DNA of 64,000 nucleotides, from NCBI GenBank assembly GCA_010909165.1, contig MU008181.1, positions 310,001 to 374,000 on the forward strand, in the 5' to 3' direction. The notes below the pieces were generated by a model, which saw nothing but the letters and a program-made list of their open reading frames with translations, searched no databases and was not told the DNA's origin. A program made the position numbers and the translations under genes. Positions 1 through 11,379 of this stretch are shown piece after piece (position 1 is the first letter of the stretch; each line of letters opens with the position of its first letter). The DNA comes from Anthoceros angustus (lineage: Eukaryota; Plantae; Anthocerotophyta).

Positions 1-1015
1 ACATCATAGCTTGTCCTCTAGATTTGTAATGCAAGAGTATTGTGAGGAGGCCAAAGCTATCACTCCGAGAGTTATGTGAGCAATTTGCGTATTGTGGTTA
101 GATTACATATATAGTTGTAAACGAGTTTGGTGCTAAGAAGGTGTGTGTTGAACCTTGTGGCCACGGCTCCTTTGCGACGAATCCAATTTTTTTTTTCGAG
201 ATGCACGACGCGTTCGATTCCTTTCAGCACCGAATAAAACACTATTTCGCACAACAACAGTCTTGTGCACCAGAGCTCCCAGAGCCTCCACAGCCTCAAG
301 CAGCGGTCCCCATTGCTGTCAAGCTCGGTTCCATCACCGTCGATGTTAATGCCGCTGGTAATCTACACGGCAACGTTCCCAAACCAGCTGGCTCATGTGG
401 GATTCTTTGCTGCTTGTCGTTGTGGCTCTCCTGTGTATACATGTGTTTTCATACCCAGAAGATGCCGCAGTTGAGGACCCCCGGTTGGCGCTGTTGGCAC
501 AACATCTACATCATTTTGGGATTGATTTTTCCTCACTGATCAAGGTCAGCTTAACTCACAAGCCTCCAGCACCTGCCTTAGGCATATGCCTGGTTCAGCG
601 TGCTCTGGTGCTGATTTACCGATACAATTTGAGGACAGAGATGACTACTGCGGTGAGACAACTTGACCAAAATGTTTCGACTGAAATCGCATCCAAGAGA
701 AAGGACAGGAACTTGAGCCTTTGTTTGGTCCGCTCTCTAACTTCCTGCTCGTGGCATACTCTGCAAAGCTTGCTGGAGCCAGTTCAGGTCGCTGCCGGTG
801 ACCACAGTAGGAGCAGGGGGCCTGCTCAGCGTGCCGATCCGCAGCTCCAGGAAGCACTCGCCGGACCCCATGGCCAGCCCCGACTCCACGCAGCTGTGGA
901 AGGACTCCGACTCGCCGGGAGGCGGGGAGGTCGGGTCACATTGTGACAATCCGATTTTAACGTCTTTCTGTGACAACTCTAGATACGACACATTTTTCAC
1001 TTTACAGAAAACAGT

Positions 1016-3226
1016 TCAGCTTTGGACACTCGGTTGCTGCTTCCTATCCCTAACCAGAAAACTGTGCACAACTCCGTCCATGTCTGTCCACCAGCTCTGG
1101 CCTGGCTGCTTCCAAGCCCCGACTCCTATTCTCCTTGCCTGAATCTCCTGTGCTTCCTCCCACATCTGGGCTCCAGCGTATATGCTCGACATCAATACAT
1201 ATGCTGCAGCATCTTTCTTGTCGATCTTCATTGCTTCTTCGAAAGCATGACGTCCCACCGCCACGTTGCTCCACTTTCGACAAGCACCTAGTAGAGTGTG
1301 CCAAATCGAAGTGTTTGGAGGTACAGGCATTGTCCTCACTAAGGCTAGTGCCTCCTCCACTTGTCCTGCACGACCCAGGAGATCCACCATGCAAGAATAG
1401 TGGTCCACCGTGGGAGCTATGCCGTAGTGTCTGCTCATAGCCTCAAAGTACTCTTGCCCTTCGTTCACGAGACCTGCATAACTGCATACTGGCAGTAAGC
1501 TGAGGAATGTGATACCATCTGGCTGTATGCCCTCATCTGTCATTCTGAGGAACAAGTCAAAGACGTGCTCGCAGTCTCCCTGTCGATGGTATCCTGCAAT
1601 CAGAGCATTCCAGGCCACGACATCTCTTTCTGCCAATGCCTCAAACACCTCTTGGGCATCAACCATGCTTCCGCACTTTCCGTACATGTGTATCAGACTG
1701 CGGGCTACAACCACATCAGTCTGAAGCCCTTGGTCTTTAATCTGTGTATGAAGTTGCATTCCAAGACACAAAGCTGCCACATCTGCACATGCCTGCAAGA
1801 GGGAGACAAATGTCACGGAATCAGGTGCAAACACACCTCCTTCTTGCATAGCACGGTAAAGACCAAGGGCTTCCTGCCCCTTGCCCTCTTGGCAATATCC
1901 AGTTATCATGGCATTCCATGTCACCACATTCCTTTCATCAAGGCTGCCAAACACTGCTTGAGCATCTTCTATGCTGCCGCACTTTGCATACATGTTTACC
2001 AGGCTGTTGGCTACAAACGTATCAGCCTGAAGCCGTAGCTCTCTAATTTGTGCATGAAGCTGCCTCCCCTTTCCCAAAGCCGGTGTGCCCAGACTTGCAC
2101 ATGCCTGCAGGAGGAACACAAAAATTACAGAATCAGGTGTAACAATGCCTTCTTCTTGCATCGCACTGTAAAGACCAAGGGCTTCCTGCCCCATACACCG
2201 CTGCGAGTATGCTGCTATCATCGCACTCCATGCCACCACATTTTTCTGACCAAGGCCATGAAACACCCTTTCAGCGTCTTCCAAACTGCCACATTTGGCA
2301 TACATGTTCACTAGACTGCTGGCTACAAACACATTGGTTTGCAGTCCTCGTTCTCTAATTTGAGCATGAAGTTCCTTCCCCTTCTCCAAAGCCCCAGGAC
2401 CCACACTTGCACATGCCTGCAAGAGGCACGCAAATGTAACCGAAGTGGGTGCAGCTATGCCTTCTTCCTGCATAGCACCATAAAGACGAAGGGCTTCCTG
2501 ACCCATGCCCTGGTGGGAATATCCAGATATCAAGGCATTCCATGTCACCACATTTTTCTCAGCAGCTCCGTCAAACAATCTTCGAGCGTCTAGCAAGCTG
2601 CCACATTTTGCATACATGTCCACCAAGGAACTACAAACAAATACATCGCTCTCAAGCCCATAAGCCAACACATCAGCATGCACCTGCTGCCCAGATTCCA
2701 AGTCCGCTGCCGATGCACAAGCCCGAAGCGCTGATACGAAGACATGCCCGTCTGGCTTCACACTCGAGCTGCGCATGCGATAATAAAGCTGAAAGGCCTG
2801 CTTATCTTGACCGTGTTCGACATGTGCCGAAATTATGGAAGACCACATGAAGGCATCTGGGTGGGCGACTGAAGTGAAGACATCCATAACTTCCTGCATT
2901 CTGGCATGAGAAGCATACATCCGCAGGATGTGGTTGCACAAGAATGTGTCCGACTCGTACCCCTTCTTCACGCTGAGAGCATGAACACGGCGACCCAGAG
3001 CCAGATCCTTCTTCGCCGCACATTCTTTCAAGACCGCATAAAACAGCGAGTTCGGACAAGGACAGTCTTTGTGCACCAAGACTCCCAGGGCCTCCACGGC
3101 CTCAAATAGCTGCTCCAGCTGACAAAGTTCCCTCACGGTTCCAGACGTCACGCCCCTTTCGTATCCTGCAAGCCTGTTGGATGTAGGGGCTCGATGACCC
3201 ACGACACATCGGCGCCACGAGAGCAT
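1016..3226 (-). CDS. PLS-class pentatricopeptide repeat (PPR) protein ending in E/E+ with no DYW deaminase domain; organellar RNA-editing factor candidate (PPR-1)
   Basis: 736-aa intronless ORF with repeating L-S-P triplets (e.g. SLVNMYAKCGSLEDA..VF / VV.WNAMI.GY / VTF..LLQAC), five S-type motifs, then P2-L2-S2-E1-E2. It ends at WKQPGQSWWTDMDGVVHSFLV plus a short tail. The N-terminal leader homologous to PPR-2 lies upstream in another frame (ATG 3458). Confidence 0.93.
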   Translation of the reverse strand: MLSWRRCVVGHRAPTSNRLAGYERGVTSGTVRELCQLEQLFEAVEALGVLVHKDCPCPNSLFYAVLKECAAKKDLALGRRVHALSVKKGYESDTFLCNHILRMYASHARMQEVMDVFTSVAHPDAFMWSSIISAHVEHGQDKQAFQLYYRMRSSSVKPDGHVFVSALRACASAADLESGQQVHADVLAYGLESDVFVCSSLVDMYAKCGSLLDARRLFDGAAEKNVVTWNALISGYSHQGMGQEALRLYGAMQEEGIAAPTSVTFACLLQACASVGPGALEKGKELHAQIRERGLQTNVFVASSLVNMYAKCGSLEDAERVFHGLGQKNVVAWSAMIAAYSQRCMGQEALGLYSAMQEEGIVTPDSVIFVFLLQACASLGTPALGKGRQLHAQIRELRLQADTFVANSLVNMYAKCGSIEDAQAVFGSLDERNVVTWNAMITGYCQEGKGQEALGLYRAMQEGGVFAPDSVTFVSLLQACADVAALCLGMQLHTQIKDQGLQTDVVVARSLIHMYGKCGSMVDAQEVFEALAERDVVAWNALIAGYHRQGDCEHVFDLFLRMTDEGIQPDGITFLSLLPVCSYAGLVNEGQEYFEAMSRHYGIAPTVDHYSCMVDLLGRAGQVEEALALVRTMPVPPNTSIWHTLLGACRKWSNVAVGRHAFEEAMKIDKKDAAAYVLMSSIYAGAQMWEEAQEIQARRIGVGAWKQPGQSWWTDMDGVVHSFLVRDRKQQPSVQS

Positions 3227-3599
3227 CTGGCGAGCACCGGAAAATCTGTCTACAGCGAGACATCCCCCTGCACGGACCGGCTTTCTTGCGAAGCTGCTGC
3301 TCTTCGCGGCACATTTGTTTTGCCCATCGTTGCTTCCTTGAAGTGGAGGCTTTTCGTCCTCCTAGTTTGTACGCGCTTTGTCGCGTCCACACAAATTGTC
3401 TCGACAACGGATCTTGCTGACCTCGGCGTGACTCCATTGCAACCCTCCAGCAAGTCATGGGCTCGGACGAGCACAGCCTGAGCCTGCCCTTGGGCGCTTG
3501 TATGCATGTCCTCCGAACCAGGCAGCCAATGTAGAACTTGCCTGAAGTCCGAAATCATTTGGAGCAAGATTTAGCCGCGCATAATCAGTGTGTATCTGC

Positions 3600-6446
3600 T
3601 CAGCTTCTAGGCATCAGACAACTAACAGCCATTGCAGGCGCGAGCGCCTTCCAGTCAGATATGTTGGCCAACGAAGAGTCCAGTTGTGGCCCATATCCTT
3701 TATGACTTAACTTTGCTTCGCTCCCGGGACGATTCTTCTCCCCCACCAAGAAACTGTGCACCAGTCCATCCATGTCTGTCCACCAGCTCTGGCCTGGCTG
3801 CTTCCATGCCCCAATTCCTATTCTCCTCGCCTGCACTTCCCGTGCTTCCTCCCACATCTGCGCACTGATGTATATGTTCGACATCAACACATATGCTGCG
3901 GGATCTGTTTTGGCCAGCTTCACTGATTCATCAAAAGCATGGCGTCCCAACTCCACGTTGCTCCACTTCTGACAAGCACCCAACAAAGTGTGCCAAACTG
4001 CAGCAGTAGGCAGGACAGGCATTGTCTTTACTAAAGCTAGTGCATCGTCCAGTAGTCCTGCACGAGCCAGGAGACCCACCATGCATGAGTAGTGGTCCGC
4101 AGTAGGAGTGATGTTATACTGTCTGCTCATAACCTCAAAGTACTCTCGCCCCTCGTTCACTAGGCCTGTGTGGCCGCAGACTGTTAGTGCACTGAGGAAT
4201 GTGATGCCGTCTGGATGTACTCCATCCTCTCGCATTCTGCGAACTAAATCAAAGACCTTGTTACTGTCCCCTTGACGCGTATATCCTGCAATCAGTGCGC
4301 TCCAGGCGACCATGTCTCTTCTAGGCAATGCATCAAAGACCTGCTGTGCATCAGCCATGCTACCGCACTTTCCGTACATGTTTATCAAACTGCCGGCTAC
4401 AAGAACATCAGCTTGAAGCCCTTCTTGTTTTACCTGTAAATGAAGCTGCCTTCCCAGGTGCAAAGCTGCCACGTTTGCACATGCCTGCAGGAGGGAAACA
4501 AATGTTACAGAATCAGGTGCAGCCAAGCCCTCTTCTTCCATAGCCCTGTATAGACGAAGGGCGTCCTGCCCTAAGCCCTGCTGGGAATACCCAGCTATCA
4601 TGGCATTCCATGTCACCACATCTTTTTGACCAAGCACGGTAAACACAACCTGGGCATCCTCCAGGCTACCACATTTTGCATACATGTTGACCAAGCTATT
4701 AGCTACGAACACGTTAGCCTGAAGCCCACTATCTTTGATTTGTGCATGAAGCTGCTTTCCCTTCTCCAAAGCTGCGTTCCCGATTCCTGCACATGCCTGC
4801 AGGAGGGACACAAACGTCACAGAATCCGGTGCACAAGTGCCTTCATCCTGCATAGCCCTGTAAAGACTAAGGGCTTCGTGCCCCATACCCTGCTGGGAGT
4901 AACCCCCAATCATGGCATTCCACGAGACTACATTCTTTTGGCCAAGCCTGTCGAACACACACTGAGCATCCTCTATGCTTCCACACTTTGCATACATGTT
5001 TACCAAGCTGTTGGCTGCAAACATATCATCCAGAAACCCTCGTTCCCTCATTTGTGCATGCATTTGCTTTCCCATCTCCAAAGCAGGGGTGCCCACACTT
5101 GCACATGCCTGCAGCAGGGACACAAATGTCACAGAATCGGGTGCAACAAGGCCTTCACCTTGCATAGCACTATAAAGACCAAGGGCTTCCGGCCCCTTGC
5201 CCTGCTGGGAATATCCTGCTATCATGGCACTCCACGTGACCACATTTTTTTTGTCAAGTCCGCTGAACACTCTTTCAGCGTCTTCCAGACTGCCACACTT
5301 TGCATACATGTTTACCAAACTGCTTGCTACAAATACATGAGCTTGGAGTCCTTGTTCCCTAATTTGCGCATGAAGCTGTATCCCCGTCTCCAAAGCCGGG
5401 ACACCCACACTTGCACATGCCTGCAGGACGCATGCAAATGTGACAGAATTGGGTGCAGCTATTCCCTCTTCTTGCATAGCACTATAAAGGCAAAGGGCTT
5501 CCTGACCCATGCCCTGCTGGGAATATCCTGAGATCATGGCATTCCAAGTCACAACATTTTTCTGAACAAGCCCGTCAAACACTCTTCTCGCTTCATCCAA
5601 GCTGCCACATTTTGCATACATGTCCACCAAGCAACTACAAATAAACATGTCATGCTCAACGTCACTATCCAAGAAATCAGCATGCACCTGCTGCCCAGAT
5701 ATCAAATCTGCTCCCTTTGCACAAGCTTGAAGAGCTGCTACAAACACATGGCCATCTGGTTTCACACCAGACCTGCACATCCCATGATACAGTTGTATGG
5801 CTTGCTTATATTGGCCATGTTTCACATGCGCAGAAATGATAGAGGACCACATGAAAGCATCGGGTCTGGCAACCATATAAAACACATCCACAGCTTCTTG
5901 CAACCTGGCATGAGAAGCGTACATTCGCATGATGTGATTGCACAAGAAAGTGTCCGACTCAAGCCCCTTCTTCACGCTGAGAGCATGAACACGGCGTCCC
6001 AAAGACCCATCATTTTGAGCTAAACATTCTTTGAGGACCGTATAGAAGACAGCTTTGGGAATATAACAGTCTATGTGCACCAGAACTCCCAGAGCCTCAA
6101 CAGCCTGACTGAGCTGGCCCTGCTGACATAGTTTGCTTACGGTCTCAGAAGTTAAGCCCATTTCGTTTTCTGCAGGAGAACTACAACCTATCTGCATATG
6201 CAGAGCAGCCACACATCGCAGAGGCCCAGGCTGTGTTGCACAGGTGCTGCACCCGGTGACTTCTTTGTTTCCCAACGGTTGGTTTCTTGAAGTCAGGCGA
6301 GCTGGAGAAGCTTTTCCTTTAAGACATGGTAAACCACCACCTCGCAGGGTCCACAAAACCTGTCCCCGTAGCGGGTCCTGTTGCCCTTTCCGTGACTCAA
6401 TTGTAACGCTACAGACAGCCATGGGACGCAGGAGCACCAAGGACAT
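3600..6446 (-). CDS. PLS-class PPR protein, E/E+ terminus, no DYW domain, with long N-terminal leader (probable organellar transit peptide) (PPR-2)
   Basis: Intronless ORF; the track start at 6458 is GTG and the first ATG is 6446. Six S-type motifs, then P2-L2-S2-E1-E2 and WKQPGQSWWTDMDGLVHSFLVGE. About 100 aa of non-repeat leader precede TSETVSKLC. Confidence 0.95.
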   Translation of the reverse strand: MSLVLLRPMAVCSVTIESRKGQQDPLRGQVLWTLRGGGLPCLKGKASPARLTSRNQPLGNKEVTGCSTCATQPGPLRCVAALHMQIGCSSPAENEMGLTSETVSKLCQQGQLSQAVEALGVLVHIDCYIPKAVFYTVLKECLAQNDGSLGRRVHALSVKKGLESDTFLCNHIMRMYASHARLQEAVDVFYMVARPDAFMWSSIISAHVKHGQYKQAIQLYHGMCRSGVKPDGHVFVAALQACAKGADLISGQQVHADFLDSDVEHDMFICSCLVDMYAKCGSLDEARRVFDGLVQKNVVTWNAMISGYSQQGMGQEALCLYSAMQEEGIAAPNSVTFACVLQACASVGVPALETGIQLHAQIREQGLQAHVFVASSLVNMYAKCGSLEDAERVFSGLDKKNVVTWSAMIAGYSQQGKGPEALGLYSAMQGEGLVAPDSVTFVSLLQACASVGTPALEMGKQMHAQMRERGFLDDMFAANSLVNMYAKCGSIEDAQCVFDRLGQKNVVSWNAMIGGYSQQGMGHEALSLYRAMQDEGTCAPDSVTFVSLLQACAGIGNAALEKGKQLHAQIKDSGLQANVFVANSLVNMYAKCGSLEDAQVVFTVLGQKDVVTWNAMIAGYSQQGLGQDALRLYRAMEEEGLAAPDSVTFVSLLQACANVAALHLGRQLHLQVKQEGLQADVLVAGSLINMYGKCGSMADAQQVFDALPRRDMVAWSALIAGYTRQGDSNKVFDLVRRMREDGVHPDGITFLSALTVCGHTGLVNEGREYFEVMSRQYNITPTADHYSCMVGLLARAGLLDDALALVKTMPVLPTAAVWHTLLGACQKWSNVELGRHAFDESVKLAKTDPAAYVLMSNIYISAQMWEEAREVQARRIGIGAWKQPGQSWWTDMDGLVHSFLVGEKNRPGSEAKLSHKGYGPQLDSSLANISDWKALAPAMAVSCLMPRS

Positions 6447-8501
6447 ACTGCCCTGCACCGGACTGCAGATATCTGCGTATCTTGAAGCATATTACAATTC
6501 ATGAAGACCCCGGGCAGGGGAGATGACTACATTGTCAAAGGCTCGCTCTTCGTAAAGCAAATGCTTCAGCTCTTCGTGGACGATATCATCATTTTTCACT
6601 TTGCCTCACAGACGGGCCAAACAGTCCAGAAACGAAGAGAGGAAGCTGCAGCACAATCAGCAGAAGAACAAAAAACGTCTCGAACTTCCGTTTCGTTACT
6701 GGCAGGATCCACAAGCGAATTGCACAGGAACGTCCCGCCGTTCCACCTGCTGAAACAGATTACATGAGTCGTTGTCGTAGTTATCCAAGAGCATCTCCTT
6801 GCGGCTCCACATTCGTAAGCTTCCGGCCATGGAACCTGGCGCAACTCTCGACCTGTAGAGCAGTCCCGTGCCGGAGAATTTGCAAGAGTCCCGTAATCAT
6901 ACCAAGATTTCAGTGCCATGTTATGAGGCTAAGCAAAACCTGGCTTACCAAAACTCAGAAACTACGGTAAATAGGCTCATTTATTGGTTGTCAAAATATA
7001 GAAAACTCTAGAACGACAGGGGACGGGGCATGGTTCTTGATTTGCTTCATGATAATTTTTAAAAAATAAAATTTCCGGATCTGGTCGCCACATTCGTGGA
7101 CCGAAAATTCCCGAGGCCGTCACTTGCTCAAATCCATGCCCAATAGACCAAGAAAAAGTCTTAGCCAACTAGACATCAGGCTTACGCTGCCCGAAAAGAT
7201 GTAAAAGCTGCCAGCTCATACCGCATACACAGCACACAACAAGCTTTCCTCTTCATAGAGGGAGAAGACCGTCATGGGCCTTGGTACTTAACAACTTGTA
7301 CCATGGTACAACCATATTATAACCATGTTGAATTGGCTGCGGGCTGTCCAACTAGCTAAGATTTACTGAATTTTTTATCCACAAGTTCACTCACGATAAT
7401 GCAATCAATATGGCCTTTTCCCCTCAAGACAATTCGTCATATACCAGATATTATTTACAACAGCGTCCACATAGCGGGCATTCAAATTACATATTACAAA
7501 TGATATCACGCCTCAAAGTTTGCAGAATTTTGGAGGCCTAGGGGAACGATGAGCTACTAGTGCAATCGAAGGATGAAAGAATGCACTAGTGGTGGGCTAG
7601 AAAAATCTTAACAAGCTGGAAGAGATCTGAGCAAGAGCTCCTTGCTATTTTGTAGGTTGTGCTTGATCGACAAGTTTCAGGCCCTGTTTGAGCAATGACA
7701 CTTCTTGCTATTGTTGTGTTTAGGCTAGGAGTTGTTGATCACTGGAGCTTACAATCTATCTTCATTGAATAGGAGTGACAGGGAAATCCATCCCTAGATG
7801 TGCATGAGAGTGTAGCTGCCATTTAACCTCAAGATCAAGAAAACTGGAGCGGGGCCATAGCTAAGGCATGCTACTATTAGGTCAAAAGTGAAGTTTTGCA
7901 AACTAGAGGCCTTAAGCATTGCCTTAGGAAGTAGCCTCGAGGGAAATGCCTCACCAGTCACCAGGTAGAAGATAAGGGTTGAGAGGACGAAAGGAAAAAT
8001 GTTTCTAGGGCTCCTTTAAGATGTATCTTGGTTTCCGTGCCAATCTCTATAAAAAAGAGCGGCATAGAAAATGAATTGTATCAGACTATATGGGTATGGC
8101 TCCCACGACACATTGAGGAATTGATGCTATCCTCATGTTTGCATCTGTCCAAAGTCTGAAGGTTTCTAGCATATAGAGTTTGCTAGCTGACCCGTTTTGA
8201 GTTCAACATATGAGTCGTCAACTGATTATGGTATAATGGTCATTTCTTAGGATCTTCCCCGTTGCTCATGTTTTGGAGGGTGTCCTGAGTATTTCTTCCT
8301 CTCGATTCACATGTGTATGCCCGCTAGCACTGTCTGCTTTCCAGGGACCGAATGACATGTTGAAACATCATAAATTGCTGACGCTGTGTAAGGAAACAAA
8401 ATCGTAAGTTGCTGTTCGCCCATCGGCACGAAGGCATATACTTGTGGAAGTCTAGAGGAAACCTTATGATGTCTTAGATTGCTGTGCTGAATGAAGTCTT
8501 G

Positions 8502-8672
8502 TAGCCTGTGTGATTGGAGTCTCGTAGCTCGTGTGATTGGAGTCTCGTAGCCCATGTGATTGGAGTCTCGTAGCTCGTGTGATTGGAGTCTCGTAGCTCG
8601 TGCGATTAGAGTCTCGTAGCCCGTGTGATTGGAGTCTCGTGGCCCGCGTGACTAGAGTCTCGTAGCCCATGT
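8502..8672. repeat. 23-bp minisatellite, 7 copies (consensus TGTGATTGGAGTCTCGTAGCTCG)
   Basis: GAGTCTCGT recurs every 23 bp from about 8517 to about 8655. Confidence 0.95.
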
Positions 8673-8683
8673 AACTGGCCTAC

Positions 8684-10510
8684 GTTTTTCTTTTCTCCAC
8701 AGCTTATTTATCACTACACCATATACTGGTTACAATCACATGAAATAATCTACCATTGCAAAAACTAGAGAGAAAAGAAGACGTTACTATGAAAAAGAGA
8801 TGGGAAAAACACAATGAAGGGCATCATGCCAGAGAGACTAACCCCCACGATCACGCATTTCAAAACTACCCACCGCCCGAAGAACTTCATGGTCAGGGAT
8901 GTGAAAAGGCCTACTTACCACCGGTGTCGAAGAAGCTGCATCTCCCGCGCTCGCTGTTGTTCCGTGCACTGTGTTGGCCAACGCCTTTTGCAGAGCGATG
9001 GAAACCCTATGCAGGAAGAAAGCAACAATACAAGAAAGGGGGAGGCCAACCCCATTCTTGCGGCTATGATAAGCCTTGGCGCAGGCCTTGACGAACCTAG
9101 AGAAATCCTTGCCCATGGCTCCGTAAGTCTCAATGGCAAGGGAGACGAAGGCGTGGCCGTCTTGCATAGGAGAATACTTGTGGACCTTAGCTGTCGCGCA
9201 TCCCTCCGCCCCCCAACCTGGAGGGTTAAGAATCACATGTCCGCAGACATTGTCCCGGGTGGGATCGGTGACAACCACATCAGCAACCGAAACCTGATCC
9301 CCTCGTTGAATAGGCTGTAAGGGCTCTCCCTAAATGGAAGGAACCTGCATTCCCTAGCAATAGATAACATGGCGTCCCAGACGGCATCATGCATAGCGAT
9401 ACGTTGCCTAACCGCAGGACAGCGAGCCAAGTGCGTGTCCAAGTCATCGAGAGGGGCCTGCAGCTGCAAGTTGAAAGAGAGTAAGCTAGAGGTTGGACCA
9501 AGCCTTGGCGAAAATGAATCGCGGTGGAAAAAGTTGCTGGTGCGATGCGAAACACTTAAATACTAGGTCGAGCCAGAAGTTAGGAACCTGCCCGCTTCCC
9601 TGAGCGAGAGCAGAGACGAGCCCGAGTGGGCTTAGGAGTGGAGGAATTCCGAAGCTGTTTCTCCAGGAGGGATGCCTAAAGCCCCCTGAGCCCAACCTTA
9701 GGAAGCGAGGAAAAATACGGCATGGCAGCCCTCGCCTCTAAGGATAAAGAGTCCTTGGCTAATCTTAGTGAGGCTTGCATGGGAAAAGTCCTCTCCTCAA
9801 CGTTTGCGACAAAAGCTGGCTAATCTTAGTGAGGCTTGCATGGGAAAAGTTCTCTCCTCAACGTCCGCGACAAAAGCCTCCAAGATATGTGAATGCCGAA
9901 TTAAGAAACGGGAGGACAAGATGGGGGCAGAGAGAGCCCAGCTCCCTGAGAAAGCAGCTAGCGCGGACCCCTCCGTGGCTAGCAAACCAGTGCCCCCAAA
10001 AGCGACGGGAAGGAATGCCTGCCGCTTTGCAAGATCCCCGGCCGTACACTCGAAGGTGCCTGGGCCGATGATGTCGCCTCAAACCTGCATAAGCCGCTTG
10101 TCGAAATTCCTTAGGCTAGACAAGAAAACCAAGGAGGGGGCAACTGTTCGAAGAAGGTACCCTGGCCATCGCGCAAAAAAAAAGGAGAGGATCTCAAACG
10201 CCACTTGCGGGTCTCCTAGTTGAGAAAGGTCCTCGATGTGCGCCAAATCCTCAACCAAAGCCGTGTCCACATAATCCTGGGTGAAGGCAGGAAGCCCAAT
10301 CGGGACACCAAAAACCCGAAGCCCTGGCAAAGAAGCAATATCCCCCTCCAGATACCAGAGAAAAGGCACAACGCTAGAGGGAGACCAAACATTGCACTTA
10401 ATGATTTTGACCTTCAAACCGAGGCGGGAGAGCTCTGAAGTGAAGAAATCAAACGCCACATTAACCTTGTCCCCAGGACCCGAGGATATGCGTATCGTCG
10501 GCCACAGATG
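8684..10510 (-). mobile_element. Degenerate 5'-truncated non-LTR retrotransposon with RT C-terminus, CCHC knuckle and restriction-like endonuclease (CRE/R2-type)
   Basis: Minus strand, several frames: RT motif ADDTHILG (10502-), thumb region GLRVFGVPIG, CSCRP-LDDLDTHLARCP (CCHC), RIAMHDAV, and RLE-type ADVVVTDPT...A..A..KVHKY...F..LAIETYGAMG. AATAAA at about 8705 is followed by an A-rich tail at about 8685-8695. Frameshifts are present, as is a 61-bp internal duplication at 9757-9877. Confidence 0.8.
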
Positions 10511-10557
10511 GATACAAACAGAAATTTAGCGCTTACAACATGATAATAATCTAGCAT

Positions 10558-10691
10558 TGACGCCATTTGGCCTACCTTTTATTATCAGATGCGTAAAAGA
10601 GAATTCAAAGATTGATGGATGTCTTGACGCCATTTGGCCTACCTTTTATTATCAGATGCGTAAAAGAGAATTCAAAGATTGATGGATGTCT
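10558..10691. repeat. 67-bp tandem duplication (2 copies)
   Basis: TGACGCCATTTGGCCTACCTTTTATTATCAGATGCG...GATGTCT starts at 10558 and again at 10625. Confidence 0.95.
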
Positions 10692-11379
10692 TGCACGCTG
10701 ATTGCGCGAAGGGAAATCTTGGCGTGAGCAGTGACGTGCTACCCTATGCTAACAGCACGGTTTCATCACAGAGCGTGTTCTTTTCACATGACGTTAGCAG
10801 ACACGAAAAGGAAATAGAAAGAAGGCAGCAGCAGGTGTGCTTCGCCCTGCCTTCGTCTACCGCTTCGTACCGCCTTCCCAAGCCATTTGACTTGCGGCCC
10901 AAGCATCTGATCTGGGAGCCAAGTGGTACGGGCCGTGGCGGTTTGCCGCAGGCATCTATGGCGGGCCCAGTCTTCGCCTTGCTCCCAGCACCACTCAGCC
11001 TGTCCACTTGACATGGCTTCCTGTGCTGTGCTCGTGACTCGGTCTCGGCCGCAGCCCGCGCCTGTTCCTGGATTGCCTGGCCTGTTGGTGCAGGATTTCC
11101 CTAGTGCCGTGCCCGCACCGTGCCGTGCAATGTGCACCTTTGCTTGTGCTGTCTGAGACGTTTGTCGAATTCTTGCGTCCTTGCTGGAGCTAGCTGGTAT
11201 GGAGATCGCGGGAGGGAGACTTCCCGCTGGTTTGTCTGCATTTTCTTGTGTGATGAGCGGCAGCCCGGAGCTGTCTGTGCTGTAGAATCACGTTTGTCCA
11301 GGGCCCCGGGATCCATGGCTTCCGGATCACGTCAGGGAGGAGGTTCAAGCAGCTATCTCTTCGGTCGGGAGGAGCAGTC

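Noticed and set aside
1-950. Possible 3' part of a plus-strand spliced gene (e.g. EDAAVEDPRLALLAQHLHHFGIDFSSLIK between plausible splice sites)
   Set aside because: No recognisable domain and no consistent exon chain could be built; it is truncated by the window edge.
1022-6023. Many plus-strand ORFs antisense to the PPR genes (also the minus-strand ORFs across 54.7-63.3 kb)
   Set aside because: Shadow ORFs produced by the repetitive PPR codon pattern; no independent protein features.
7400-8500. Faint RT-like peptides on the minus strand (SRLPQVYAFV..., ARYVDAVV) suggesting an older LINE remnant
   Set aside because: Too degenerate; no catalytic motif could be recovered by eye.
8502-8672. 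23-bp and 75-bp (23127-23346) repeats considered as CRISPR-like arrays
   Set aside because: The units are contiguous with no unique spacers, the context is eukaryotic, and there are no cas genes.
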